Shown here: positions 20,596-30,108 of the stretch, in pieces
Position numbering within the stretch: the stretch's first letter is position 1
How the letters are laid out: every line of letters starts with the position of its first letter
From: Nitrososphaerales archaeon
GTDB lineage: Archaea; Thermoproteota; Nitrososphaeria; Nitrososphaerales; UBA213
Length of the DNA: 64,000 bases
Direction: 5' to 3'
Assembly (NCBI GenBank): GCA_965197925.1
Contig: CBDAOC010000018.1
Location: 290,407-354,406, forward strand
The notes under the pieces: generated by a model
The model's database searches: none
What the model saw: only the letters and a program-made list of their open reading frames with translations
What the model was told of the DNA's origin: nothing
Position numbers and translations under genes: made by a program

Positions 20596-21657
20596 TTGAA
20601 TTTGAGAACACCCTTTTACGGAATTCACAAATCCCTCGGTGCAAAAATGCTGGACTTTCATGGATGGGATATTCCTCTACATTACTCTGGAATAATTGAT
20701 GAACATATCAATGTTAGAAATAAAGTTGGTTTGTTTGATGTTTCTCATATGGGCAGGTTTGAAATCAAGGGTCCAAAAGCTTATGATTGTCTACAAAATT
20801 TAATTACTAATGATATCTCGAAACTAAGTAATCATCAAGCATTGTATTCCCCCATGTGCTACGATAATGGCGGAATAGTTGATGATGTGATCGTTTACAG
20901 AATTGATAAGGAGAAATTCCTTGTTGTAGTTAACGCTTCAAATAAACAGAAGGATATTGAATGGATTACCGAGCATTCTGAATCGGTTAATGTGGAAAAC
21001 GTTAGTGATAAGATGGCTTTACTTGCAATTCAAGGTCCTCTAGCTATAGATACCTTACAGAAAATCGTTGAACCGGATTTAAGTCTACTACGATCATTTG
21101 ATCTTATAATCACAAATATTTTCGGAATCGAATGTATGATATCAAGAACAGGTTATACGGGAGAGGATGGTTTCGAAATATTCTTTGATTCTTCGCAAGT
21201 AGTAATTTGGGATAAGCTTATGGAGGCAGGTTCCGGCTTTATTAAACCAGCTGGCTTGGGCGCAAGAAATACACTTCGACTTGAGGGAGGATTGATGCTC
21301 TACGGGAATGATATTGATGAAAATACTACACCGTTAGAGGTCCCACTCAAATGGACTGTGCGATTTGAAAAAGACTTCATTGGAAAGCAGGCGCTCATGA
21401 ATCAGAAGGTGACACGAAAGTTGGTAGGATTTTATGTTCCAGAAAAAAGGATAGCAAGGCAGGGAAACGAAGTCTTGATAAATGAATCCAAGTCGGGTTT
21501 TGTAACAAGTGGGAGTTTTTCACCAACATTAAAAAAGTCTATTGGTCTTTGCTTTGTCCCCTTACAAGTTCTGTTGGATGAATTAATTGAAATTAATATA
21601 GGGCGGAATCTATACAAGGCAAAGGTAGCTGGTACACAGTTTTATAAGCGGAAATAA
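20596..21657 (+). CDS. gcvT: glycine cleavage system T protein
   Basis: GLFDVSHMG, VVNASN, SRTGYTGEDGFE, GLGARNTLRLEGG. Confidence 0.97.
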   Translation: MNLRTPFYGIHKSLGAKMLDFHGWDIPLHYSGIIDEHINVRNKVGLFDVSHMGRFEIKGPKAYDCLQNLITNDISKLSNHQALYSPMCYDNGGIVDDVIVYRIDKEKFLVVVNASNKQKDIEWITEHSESVNVENVSDKMALLAIQGPLAIDTLQKIVEPDLSLLRSFDLIITNIFGIECMISRTGYTGEDGFEIFFDSSQVVIWDKLMEAGSGFIKPAGLGARNTLRLEGGLMLYGNDIDENTTPLEVPLKWTVRFEKDFIGKQALMNQKVTRKLVGFYVPEKRIARQGNEVLINESKSGFVTSGSFSPTLKKSIGLCFVPLQVLLDELIEINIGRNLYKAKVAGTQFYKRK

Positions 21658-21688
21658 GGTTTTATTGGTGGAGTATGAGAGACAAATT

Positions 21689-22069
21689 ATGGAACAAAAA
21701 GAGTTGAGATTTACAAAAGAGCATGAGTGGGTCGTGATAAGGGAAGGTTTAGCTGTAGTAGGAATTTCAGATTTTGCTCAGAGACAACTTGGAGATATAG
21801 TTTCAATAGAATTGCCAAAGGTTGGTAATAATTTCAAACATATGCAACCTATAGCTATAGTTGATTCAATAAAAGCTTCTTCAGATATATATTGTCCTTT
21901 GAGTGGAGAGATAGTTGAGGTTAATGAAGATTTGCTTGAGAATCCGGGACAGATTAATCAGTCACCATATGAGTTAGGTTGGATTATAAAAATTAGACCT
22001 TTGTATATCAAGGGATTTGATGATTTGATGTCAAAGGAACAATATGATAAGTTCGTTGGTGAATTGTAG
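21689..22069 (+). CDS. gcvH: glycine cleavage system H protein
   Basis: FTKEHEWV, GISDFAQ..LGD, lipoyl-Lys in DSIKASSD, NQSPYELGW; upstream in-frame TTG at 21665 also possible. Confidence 0.96.
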   Translation: MEQKELRFTKEHEWVVIREGLAVVGISDFAQRQLGDIVSIELPKVGNNFKHMQPIAIVDSIKASSDIYCPLSGEIVEVNEDLLENPGQINQSPYELGWIIKIRPLYIKGFDDLMSKEQYDKFVGEL

Positions 22070-22079
22070 GAGATTGAAT

Positions 22080-23342
22080 ATGGATTATGTACCAATTTCT
22101 GAAAAAGATAAAAAAGAAATGTTGAAGCGGATAGGAGTAGGCTCTATAGATGATTTAGTTAAGGAATTCAAGCCAGCTTTCCAAAGAAAATTACATCTCT
22201 CTGAACCAATGAGCGAGCTTGACCTAATACAACATATGAAAGCTTTGGCTCAAAGAAATAGAATCTTGAAATGCTTTGTGGGAGCAGGGTCGTACAATCA
22301 TTATATTCCTTCTGCAGTGACTCACTTGCTTATGAGGGGAGAGTTCTATACAGGATACACCCCATACCAAGCGGAGATAAATCAAGGCACATTGCAGGCA
22401 ATATACGAATTCCAATCTTTCATATGCCTTCTAACTGGCATGGATGTTGCCAATGCTTCGATGTATGAAGGTGCATCTGCGTTGGCAGAAGCCACATTGA
22501 TGTCATCAACCTATACGCAAAGGAACGGCATTTTTGTAAACGAAGGAGTTCATCCTCAATATCTGGAAGTTTTAAAAACATATTTCGAGGGTGCAGATCT
22601 TGAACTTACAAACAAGATTGACAATAAAACAGCTTGCGTAATTGCCCAGAATCCTGATTTCTACGGAAATGTTGAGAATTTACTACAACTATCGTTTCGT
22701 GCTCATAAAGCAGGAGCACTGTTTGTTGCATGTATAGTAGAACCAACATCTCTTGCAATAATAGAACCTCCTGGAAATTATGGTGCAGATATTGTGGTTG
22801 GCGAAGGACAATCGTTTGGAATACCAATGAACTTTGGTGGCCCATATCTTGGATTCATTGCGGTTAAAGATTTTTTATTAAAAAAAATTCCGGGAAGAAT
22901 ATCTGGTATGACGACTGATTCTAACGGAAACTATGGTTTTGTACTGACATTGCAAGCGAGAGAGCAGCACATAAGGAGAGAAAGAGCTACAAGCAATATA
23001 ACTACAAACCAAGGATTGATGGCCTTAGCTTCAACAATTTACTTGGCACTTATGGGTAGAAAGGGGTTAAATATGGTTGCAAAATTATCTTATAGTAGGG
23101 CACACCTGTTGCTTGAAAAATTGATGAGTATCGGCTTTGAAACTTTAAACAAGAAACCATTTTACAACGAGTTCATTGTAAAGGCACCAGCATCTTCTGA
23201 AAAGTTTATTTCAACTTTGAACGAAAATGGAATTCTTGGAGGACTTGATCTAGGAGAGGATAGAATGTTAATTTGTTGTACTGAGATGAATAGAATTCAA
23301 GATATAGAAAATTTTGTATCAATTGTGAAGGGAACAATATGA
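22080..23342 (+). CDS. gcvPA: glycine decarboxylase subunit 1
   Basis: YTPYQAEI.QG.LQ, ANASMY, FGGP, REQHIRRERATSNI; ATG 22080 preceded by AGGAG. Confidence 0.96.
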   Translation: MDYVPISEKDKKEMLKRIGVGSIDDLVKEFKPAFQRKLHLSEPMSELDLIQHMKALAQRNRILKCFVGAGSYNHYIPSAVTHLLMRGEFYTGYTPYQAEINQGTLQAIYEFQSFICLLTGMDVANASMYEGASALAEATLMSSTYTQRNGIFVNEGVHPQYLEVLKTYFEGADLELTNKIDNKTACVIAQNPDFYGNVENLLQLSFRAHKAGALFVACIVEPTSLAIIEPPGNYGADIVVGEGQSFGIPMNFGGPYLGFIAVKDFLLKKIPGRISGMTTDSNGNYGFVLTLQAREQHIRRERATSNITTNQGLMALASTIYLALMGRKGLNMVAKLSYSRAHLLLEKLMSIGFETLNKKPFYNEFIVKAPASSEKFISTLNENGILGGLDLGEDRMLICCTEMNRIQDIENFVSIVKGTI

Positions 23343-24793
23343 AGCTGATTTTCGAATATGAAGAACAGACTAGTGAGCATTTGCCAGATGAAAATATTCT
23401 AATAGACTTACCAAAAGATCTTGTTAGAAAACAACTCCCACTCCCCAATGTGAGCGAAGTTAATGTTGTTAGACACTACACTAATTTATCAAAAAAGAAC
23501 TTTGGAGTTGATGTTGGTCTGTACCCCCTGGGTTCCTGTACAATGAAGTACAATCCAAAAGTAAACGAAGACTCAGCAAACCTAGGAGGATTTAGAAATA
23601 TTCATCCATTTTCTCCGGAACATAATGTTCAAGGAGCGTTACAATTGATGTGGGAGCTTGAGCAGGATCTGAGGGAGATTACAGGCATGGATTACTTTTC
23701 TTTGCAACCGGCAGCGGGTTCCCAGTGTGAACTTCTAGGTATAATGATAACAAAAGCTTACTTTAAGCAAAAGAAGGAAAAAAGAACAAAGATAATAATC
23801 CCTGATTCTGCTCATGGTACGAACCCTGCAAGTGCCGCTATGTGTAAGTTTGAAGCAATAACCATTCCTTCTGATTCACGTGGTAATATGGATATTACGA
23901 AATACAAACATGCACTTAGCCCTGAAGTTGCACTTGTTATGGTGACAAACCCTAATACTCTTGGGCTCTTTGAGGAACAGATTCTGGAGATGACAGAACT
24001 TGCTCATAAGAATGGAACGTTGATGTATTGTGACGGCGCAAACATGAATGCAATGCTTGGAATAACTAGGCCTGCCGATCAGGGTTTCGATATTATTCAT
24101 TTGAACTTACATAAGACATTTTCAACTCCACATGGCGGAGGTGGTCCCGGGGCTGGAACGCTAGGGGTAAAGTCATTTTTGGCAGATTATTTGCCGATAC
24201 CGAGGGTAATCAAAGAAAGTAATAGATACCATTTAGATTATACCAAAAGAAAATCTGTAGGGAGGGTTAGAACCTTTTATGGAAACTTTGGTATGCTTGT
24301 TAGAGCTTATTCTTATATCAAGGCATGGGGCGCAAATATTAGAAAGGTATCAGAGTATGCTGTATTGAATGCTAATTATCTCCTTAGTCAGCTGAAGGAT
24401 ATCTATGAACTCCCTTATGATCGAAAATGTGCTCATGAATTTGTCTTGTCATCAAGGAATTTCGGGGAAAAGAGTGCTTCGAACATTGCTAAGAGACTAT
24501 TAGATTATGGATTTCATCCACCAACAGTTTACTTCCCATTAATTGTTCATGAAGCTTTGATGATCGAACCTACAGAAACTGAGAGTAAAGAAACTTTGGA
24601 TAGATTTGCAGAAGCGTTAAGAAGTATAGCTGATGAGATGATAACAAGTCCTAATGTTGTCAAAGAAGCTCCACATACGACACTCGTTGGTAGGTTGGAT
24701 GAGGTCACTGCTGCCAGAAGGCCAAATCTAAGATGGATTGCATCTACACAAGCAACTAATAAAAATGCACAGACCGCAAAATCTAAAAACTGA
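23339..24793 (+). CDS. gcvPB: glycine decarboxylase subunit 2
   Basis: YPLGSCTMKYNP, SAHGTNPASA, LNLHKTF (PLP Lys), PHGGGGPG, IEPTETE. Confidence 0.97.
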   Translation: MKLIFEYEEQTSEHLPDENILIDLPKDLVRKQLPLPNVSEVNVVRHYTNLSKKNFGVDVGLYPLGSCTMKYNPKVNEDSANLGGFRNIHPFSPEHNVQGALQLMWELEQDLREITGMDYFSLQPAAGSQCELLGIMITKAYFKQKKEKRTKIIIPDSAHGTNPASAAMCKFEAITIPSDSRGNMDITKYKHALSPEVALVMVTNPNTLGLFEEQILEMTELAHKNGTLMYCDGANMNAMLGITRPADQGFDIIHLNLHKTFSTPHGGGGPGAGTLGVKSFLADYLPIPRVIKESNRYHLDYTKRKSVGRVRTFYGNFGMLVRAYSYIKAWGANIRKVSEYAVLNANYLLSQLKDIYELPYDRKCAHEFVLSSRNFGEKSASNIAKRLLDYGFHPPTVYFPLIVHEALMIEPTETESKETLDRFAEALRSIADEMITSPNVVKEAPHTTLVGRLDEVTAARRPNLRWIASTQATNKNAQTAKSKN

Positions 24794-24799
24794 TTAATA

Positions 24800-25075
24800 A
24801 TGAAAAAGGCAAGTTACGTATACAAGTCAGAAAAACTAATCAAGATTTCTCTTGAGTATGACGAGTTAAACAACATCATTCACTCGATAAAGATTACAGG
24901 AGATTTTTTCCTTTATCCAGAGGAAAGTTTGGATAGACTTGAAACGAATCTAATCAGTACTAGATTAGAAAGAAATGCCATAGTACAAAAGATCGAAAAC
25001 TGCATGAATAATTCAGAAGCATTTGGTTTTGATACTAAATCTTTGACCGAAGCTATTCTCGGATGTTTAAGATGA
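24800..25075 (+). CDS. lipoate-protein ligase accessory (C-terminal) domain, stand-alone LplB
   Basis: KITGDFFLYPEE motif; immediately upstream of the ligase catalytic domain. Confidence 0.82.
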   Translation: MKKASYVYKSEKLIKISLEYDELNNIIHSIKITGDFFLYPEESLDRLETNLISTRLERNAIVQKIENCMNNSEAFGFDTKSLTEAILGCLR

Positions 25076-25080
25076 ATTGA

Positions 25081-25815
25081 ATGAGATTCGAGTTTAGTGA
25101 AATCAGAGTTTTGGAGACAGGCTACAATAAAGCATACTGGAATATGGCACTCGATGAAGTATTGATGAATGGTGTGACCGATGTACCGGTTTTAAGGCTA
25201 TATGGGTGGAAACCTCCAGCTATATCAATTGGATATTTCCAAAGCATTAACGATGAGGTAGACTTGCAAAAGTGCAACTATATGGGTATCGATGTGGTTA
25301 GAAGAATAACAGGAGGTGGAGCTGTCTTTCATGATTCTGAATTGACTTACTCCTTTATCACAAGAAAATACCCACAGAATATCATGGAATCTTACAGGAT
25401 GATTTGTGTAGCCATAGTTATATGCCTTAATAAACTTGGGTTAGAGGCTAAATTTGCTCCTTTGAACGATATAGTTGCCAATGGTAAGAAAGTCTCTGGA
25501 AATGCTCAAACTAGGAAGAAAGGGACTCTATTGCAACATGGAACGATTTTGTTGGATGTCAATATTGAGAAAATGTTTTCTACATTGAAAGTGTCTTCAG
25601 AAAAGATCAGGGATAAGATGATCACTAACGTAATGGAGAGGGTAATGCCGTTGAATAAGACATTCGAAGAAGTGGCTCTTGCTCTGAAAGCAAGCTTTAG
25701 TGAAAAATTTGGTGCTAAACTTGTTATTGATAGGCTTACTATGGAAGAAGAAGAAAGTGTAAAAACGTTAGCTAAAAAGAAATATGCTACTATTCAATGG
25801 AATTGGAAAAGATGA
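25081..25815 (+). CDS. lplA: lipoate/octanoate-protein ligase catalytic domain (LplA/LipM family)
   Basis: NMALDE, RRITGGGAVFHD, ND..GKKVSGNAQ, LQHGT. Confidence 0.9.
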   Translation: MRFEFSEIRVLETGYNKAYWNMALDEVLMNGVTDVPVLRLYGWKPPAISIGYFQSINDEVDLQKCNYMGIDVVRRITGGGAVFHDSELTYSFITRKYPQNIMESYRMICVAIVICLNKLGLEAKFAPLNDIVANGKKVSGNAQTRKKGTLLQHGTILLDVNIEKMFSTLKVSSEKIRDKMITNVMERVMPLNKTFEEVALALKASFSEKFGAKLVIDRLTMEEEESVKTLAKKKYATIQWNWKR

Positions 25816-25857
25816 TTCATTAAGATTTATTGCTAAGCACACCTTAAATTCCACGAT

Positions 25858-27189
25858 ATGTATGATGTCGTTGTGATAGGAGCAGGTCCAGGAGGTTATG
25901 CTTGTGCTATTCGAGCCGCTCAACTTGGTGGGAATATTTGCCTAATTGAAAGGAATGGACTAGGCGGAACTTGCACGCAACTGGGATGTATTCCTACTAA
26001 GTTCCTTCACTCTTTGGGGGATATTGTTAGGGGTGCAATAGCGGCTAAAAAGAATGGAATAAACGCACAAATTGAGCTCGATTATAAACTCGTAAAGTCA
26101 AGAATGGAGGCAACTGTTGCCAAACTTGCTTCTGGAATAAAACTTCTCATACAAAGTAATGACATAGATCTCATAGAAGGCGAGGCGCAGATAATTTCAA
26201 AAAATAAAGTGGTTGTCAAAGAAAAAACTATAGAAACAAAACATATTGTTATTGCTACAGGCAGTTATCCCATTTGCTTGCCAGGTTATGAATTCAGAGA
26301 TAATTTCTTATCAACTAACACTATTCTAGAATTAGAAGAGCTTCCCAAGTCAATTATTATTGTTGGAGGTGGTTATAGTGGTTGTGAATTTGCTTCTGTT
26401 TTAAACGCACTAGGATGCGAAGTCACACTGGTAGAGGTCGAAAACCATCTAATGCCTTTACAGATTGAAGAGATCGGAAATACAATTGAGAAATACATGA
26501 GACTTGATGGTATCAATGTAATGACAAGATCAAGGGTAGAAAAAATTACTGGTGACATAGCTTTGGTTAATGGAGAAAAATTGAAAGTGGAAAAGATACT
26601 TTTTTGTATAGGGAGAAGACCGAACATAAATGAAGATGAATTAAATAACATTGGTGTAAAATTCAACCAAAAAGGCATTCTTGTTGATGAAGAAATGCAA
26701 ACCAGTGTTCACAACGTATTTGCAATTGGTGATGTAAGTGGAATGTATGAACTTGCTCATGTCGCTTCAAGGCAAGGCGAGATAGCGGCTCAAAATATTA
26801 TGGGAACGAAGAGCAAGATCAACTACAGATCTATTCCTATATGCATATTCACCTATCCTGAAGTTGCGTTTGTAGGAGAGTTGGAAGGAAGAACTGGAAA
26901 ATTTCCTCTTACAGCAAGTGCAAAGGCAAACTGCTTGGGGAATACAAGAGGGCATATTAAGGTATTTGAGAAGAATGGAAAACTTGTTGGTACTTTTATA
27001 ATTGCACCACATGCAGGAGAAATGATAAGTGAAGCAGCACTTGCAATTAATATGCAACTAAGCCTTGAAGACGTATTTGATACCATACACCCTCATCCCA
27101 CACTTCCAGAATCTTTTGTGGACGCTTTAAAAGATGTTAATAGTCTAGCCATACATCTTCCTTCCAAAGGATCTGGATCTGACAGATAG
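25858..27189 (+). CDS. lpdA: dihydrolipoamide dehydrogenase (GCS L protein)
   Basis: GAGPGG, GGTCTQLGCIPTK redox disulfide, GGGYSG, HPHPTLPE. Confidence 0.95.
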   Translation: MYDVVVIGAGPGGYACAIRAAQLGGNICLIERNGLGGTCTQLGCIPTKFLHSLGDIVRGAIAAKKNGINAQIELDYKLVKSRMEATVAKLASGIKLLIQSNDIDLIEGEAQIISKNKVVVKEKTIETKHIVIATGSYPICLPGYEFRDNFLSTNTILELEELPKSIIIVGGGYSGCEFASVLNALGCEVTLVEVENHLMPLQIEEIGNTIEKYMRLDGINVMTRSRVEKITGDIALVNGEKLKVEKILFCIGRRPNINEDELNNIGVKFNQKGILVDEEMQTSVHNVFAIGDVSGMYELAHVASRQGEIAAQNIMGTKSKINYRSIPICIFTYPEVAFVGELEGRTGKFPLTASAKANCLGNTRGHIKVFEKNGKLVGTFIIAPHAGEMISEAALAINMQLSLEDVFDTIHPHPTLPESFVDALKDVNSLAIHLPSKGSGSDR

Positions 27190-27222
27190 AATCAAATTCA
27201 AGAACGTGTTTATAGAACATAA

Positions 27223-27894
27223 CTACATCAAGCTCGCTAGCTCTCTTATCTTTACCCCCCAGTTCCTTGCTTTGACTACACTACTTGCAACCAAGATACC
27301 TTTAGAACCAAGATTTATCGCAGCAGACACATCCTCTGCACTAACTATACCTGCGCCACAAATGACACTTACGTCAGGATTAACCCTATTTACAGCATCT
27401 ACTGAACGGGTAATGACACTTGGCTTGGCCTTTGAAACCGCAATTCCGCTGCCAATAAGCTCCGGGGGTTCAATGGCGATGTAATCAGGAGCGAATGTAG
27501 CAAGTTTCATTACTTCTCTAGGAGTTCTGGCGCACACCACAGAGATCATCTTCAAGTTACGCAATCTTTCTACGAGGTGGCTAATTGTTGAAAGTGATAT
27601 TCTATGTTCACTATGATTAATCAGTGAACCACTAACACCATATGATTTAGCTATTTCGGGCACAATAAAACCAGTGGTACTCCCAATTTGGGAATGATCG
27701 AGGTGCTGAGCAAATACTGATATACTTACAGCATTTGCCACATAGGCTAGGGACCCAGCAGAAGGTGCAACTACAATCTTCACCCTTGGAGGAGGAACTA
27801 CACGCTCTGCCGCCATTGCTAATTTTATGCTATACCTACCAGCAACCTCAGAATAGTTTTTTAAATTAACAATGAGTAATTTTTGCTTTACCAT
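27223..27894 (-). CDS. tpiA: archaeal triosephosphate isomerase
   Basis: VNLKNY, AQH, NHSEHR, IEPPELIG, CGAGI. Confidence 0.96.
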   Translation of the reverse strand: MVKQKLLIVNLKNYSEVAGRYSIKLAMAAERVVPPPRVKIVVAPSAGSLAYVANAVSISVFAQHLDHSQIGSTTGFIVPEIAKSYGVSGSLINHSEHRISLSTISHLVERLRNLKMISVVCARTPREVMKLATFAPDYIAIEPPELIGSGIAVSKAKPSVITRSVDAVNRVNPDVSVICGAGIVSAEDVSAAINLGSKGILVASSVVKARNWGVKIRELASLM

Positions 27895-27905
27895 TGTTCG
27901 AATTA

Positions 27906-29006
27906 TTAACTTCTTTTCTTTTTGCTATTAAACTTTTCTTCTAATTTCTTCATCCTTGCTTCATATCCCTTGTTATATTCAAGTTCTTCAGGGACAACAG
28001 TTGCTGGGTGTATAAATCCTTGGTTTCGCATATCAGATGCTCTCTGAGACGCAATATTTCTGACATAATCCCAGTCAGGGGTATCGAAGCTATCACATGG
28101 TCCAGTGAACTTCCCATTATGTATACTGAACACAAGTCCGATCACCATCGGTATAGCATAATTGACGCTTGCAGGTGTATTCATCCTGACTGGCATCAAC
28201 GGTAGATGATGACTACCTCTTGTATTACCAGCCACAAAATGAGGATTGTTAAAAGCGCTACATGCCTCCTCTGTTGCTGGGAATGATTTTTGGACTCTCA
28301 CGATCGCTATTGGATCATCCTTTCCGACATAAGTCCCAGCAATATTATGCAAGCGGTCAGTGGAAGAAGTGACAATTGGTTCTCCTTTCTTGCTTATAAC
28401 AGATTCTATAACATATCTTCCAGGATACATAAGAGCCGCTTCTAACTCCGGTTTATCCTCCCATAAACGCAATTTAGCTATTCTTCCTCTCTGTACATCC
28501 ATGACACAGATTATAACACCTTCAGCAAGATCCGGATTAATTATAAGTCCTGTGTTACTCCTGCTGTCAACAAACATTCTATAAAATGGAAAGTTGAAAG
28601 CACCTGGCTCGGTCTTGTCTGCTGCAAAAACAACGAATGCCTCGTTCTGTCTTTCTTCAAACTTGAATTCTGCAACACCTGGTCCCATCCCCTTGACATT
28701 GCCAGAAAAAGAGTCTTTCAAAAGATCCTGACCAGCACCATATAATCCCTGTTCCCTTGCAACTTCCGTTCCTTCTTTGAATGAATCCCATGCAATTTTA
28801 TGTATCTTATTATTTTGGACCCCCTGCTGGTGAGACATAATTATATGTATATCATCCCCAGAATATCCTATATAGTAATCAAGCAATAGTTCAAATTCAG
28901 AACTACTAACAACATCCTCTACAGCCCTTAGAACTTCATCGCTTGGCTTTGTATGACCTCCTATTCCACCAATATCAGCTTTTATAGCTGATAATGTAAT
29001 CTTCAC
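27906..29006 (-). CDS. fbp: fructose-1,6-bisphosphate aldolase/phosphatase
   Basis: KADIGG, GLYGAGQDLL, SGNVKGMGPG, YVGKDDP, RGSH; start placed at GTG 29006. Confidence 0.97.
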   Translation of the reverse strand: MKITLSAIKADIGGIGGHTKPSDEVLRAVEDVVSSSEFELLLDYYIGYSGDDIHIIMSHQQGVQNNKIHKIAWDSFKEGTEVAREQGLYGAGQDLLKDSFSGNVKGMGPGVAEFKFEERQNEAFVVFAADKTEPGAFNFPFYRMFVDSRSNTGLIINPDLAEGVIICVMDVQRGRIAKLRLWEDKPELEAALMYPGRYVIESVISKKGEPIVTSSTDRLHNIAGTYVGKDDPIAIVRVQKSFPATEEACSAFNNPHFVAGNTRGSHHLPLMPVRMNTPASVNYAIPMVIGLVFSIHNGKFTGPCDSFDTPDWDYVRNIASQRASDMRNQGFIHPATVVPEELEYNKGYEARMKKLEEKFNSKKKRS

Positions 29007-29384
29007 AAATCCACTTTCCAGAATAAGGGTTAAATGTCTTGCTATCAGGAAGTTTGTTAGGAGATACAAAGGTAGAGATCCGAACAGCTCCTACTCTTGC
29101 TTTAGAGTTTAATCGCTTGCTGAACATTTGCCGTAAATATTTATCCTTAACCAACATTTTAGAGATCTTATAGTTAAAAATTGCTAGATTATTTTTTCTT
29201 ATTATTGAGAAGGATGGTATACTACAATTAGACAGAAATACCTCTGAGGGCATTGCAGCACATGTTGGGAAGATAAAGAACCAATTTCAAAATAATATTA
29301 TAATTCATTTAAGCGCAAGCCTCAGATATGAATGAATCTTCTTGGTACTACAAACACCAGAAGATAGTACTCTACAAAAAATCT

Positions 29385-29513
29385 TTACCGACCTTTCGGA
29401 TGCGCTTTTTCTTTGTGCTTCATAAATCTACTTTTTTCCACAAACTCCATGCCACATATATCACATTTTACCTTATGTGGAGCACCATCATTCTTCTTGA
29501 ATAAATTAAGCAT
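29385..29513 (-). CDS. 42 aa single C2H2 zinc-finger protein
   Basis: MLNLFKKNDGAPHKVKCDICGMEFVEKSRFMKHKEKAHPKGR; C-x2-C-x12-H-x4-H; TTTATTAA box 22 nt upstream; below ORF-track cutoff. Confidence 0.8.
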   Translation of the reverse strand: MLNLFKKNDGAPHKVKCDICGMEFVEKSRFMKHKEKAHPKGR

Positions 29514-29563
29514 GGCCGAGAATCCTAGAAATGATTTAATAAACTTTTGTAAAGAAAAAGATG

Positions 29564-29734
29564 TTAGATAGCTTTAATTTGCTTTACAAAGGGCGGTCGG
29601 GTCTTCTTGAAAACCCGAAAACCACAAATGCATTTTAATTCTGGCAGCCTGTTTAACTCTTCTACACTTGTTTCTGTACTACATCTCATGCATTCGTAAA
29701 AAACGTTTTGCAATGGGGTGTTTTCGTTTTCCAT
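29564..29734 (-). CDS. rpoP: RNA polymerase subunit P (Rpo12)
   Basis: YECMRC...KCICGFRVFKKTRP zinc ribbon. Confidence 0.9.
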   Translation of the reverse strand: MENENTPLQNVFYECMRCSTETSVEELNRLPELKCICGFRVFKKTRPPFVKQIKAI

Positions 29735-29785
29735 AGGGATATCATGAATAGCCCTCATTTAAGCGTAAGTCAATAAAAAATTATT

Positions 29786-30097
29786 TTATTGAGTTAAAGA
29801 TACTTCGATGTAAACATCATCAGGTATCTTTAACCTCATCAGCTGTCTCATAGCCCGATCATCAGCTCCAAGATCAATAACCCTTCTATGGACACGCATT
29901 TCCCATCTGTCGTAAGTGTTGGTACCCTGTCCAGCCGGTGCCTTTCTTGTAACCACCTTCAATTTCTTTGTAGGAAGAGGTAAAGGTCCTTTAACCTTTA
30001 CACCAGCCTTATCACCTATAGTCCTTATCTCTGTGCATACATCCTGTAGTTTAGGCAAATTAGTACTGGTCAGTTTTATTCGTGCATGCTGTGTCAT
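29786..30097 (-). CDS. rps10: 30S ribosomal protein S10
   Basis: GPLPLPTK, RKAPAGQG, WEMRVHRRVID. Confidence 0.98.
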   Translation of the reverse strand: MTQHARIKLTSTNLPKLQDVCTEIRTIGDKAGVKVKGPLPLPTKKLKVVTRKAPAGQGTNTYDRWEMRVHRRVIDLGADDRAMRQLMRLKIPDDVYIEVSLTQ

Positions 30098-30108
30098 TAG
30101 TATTCACG

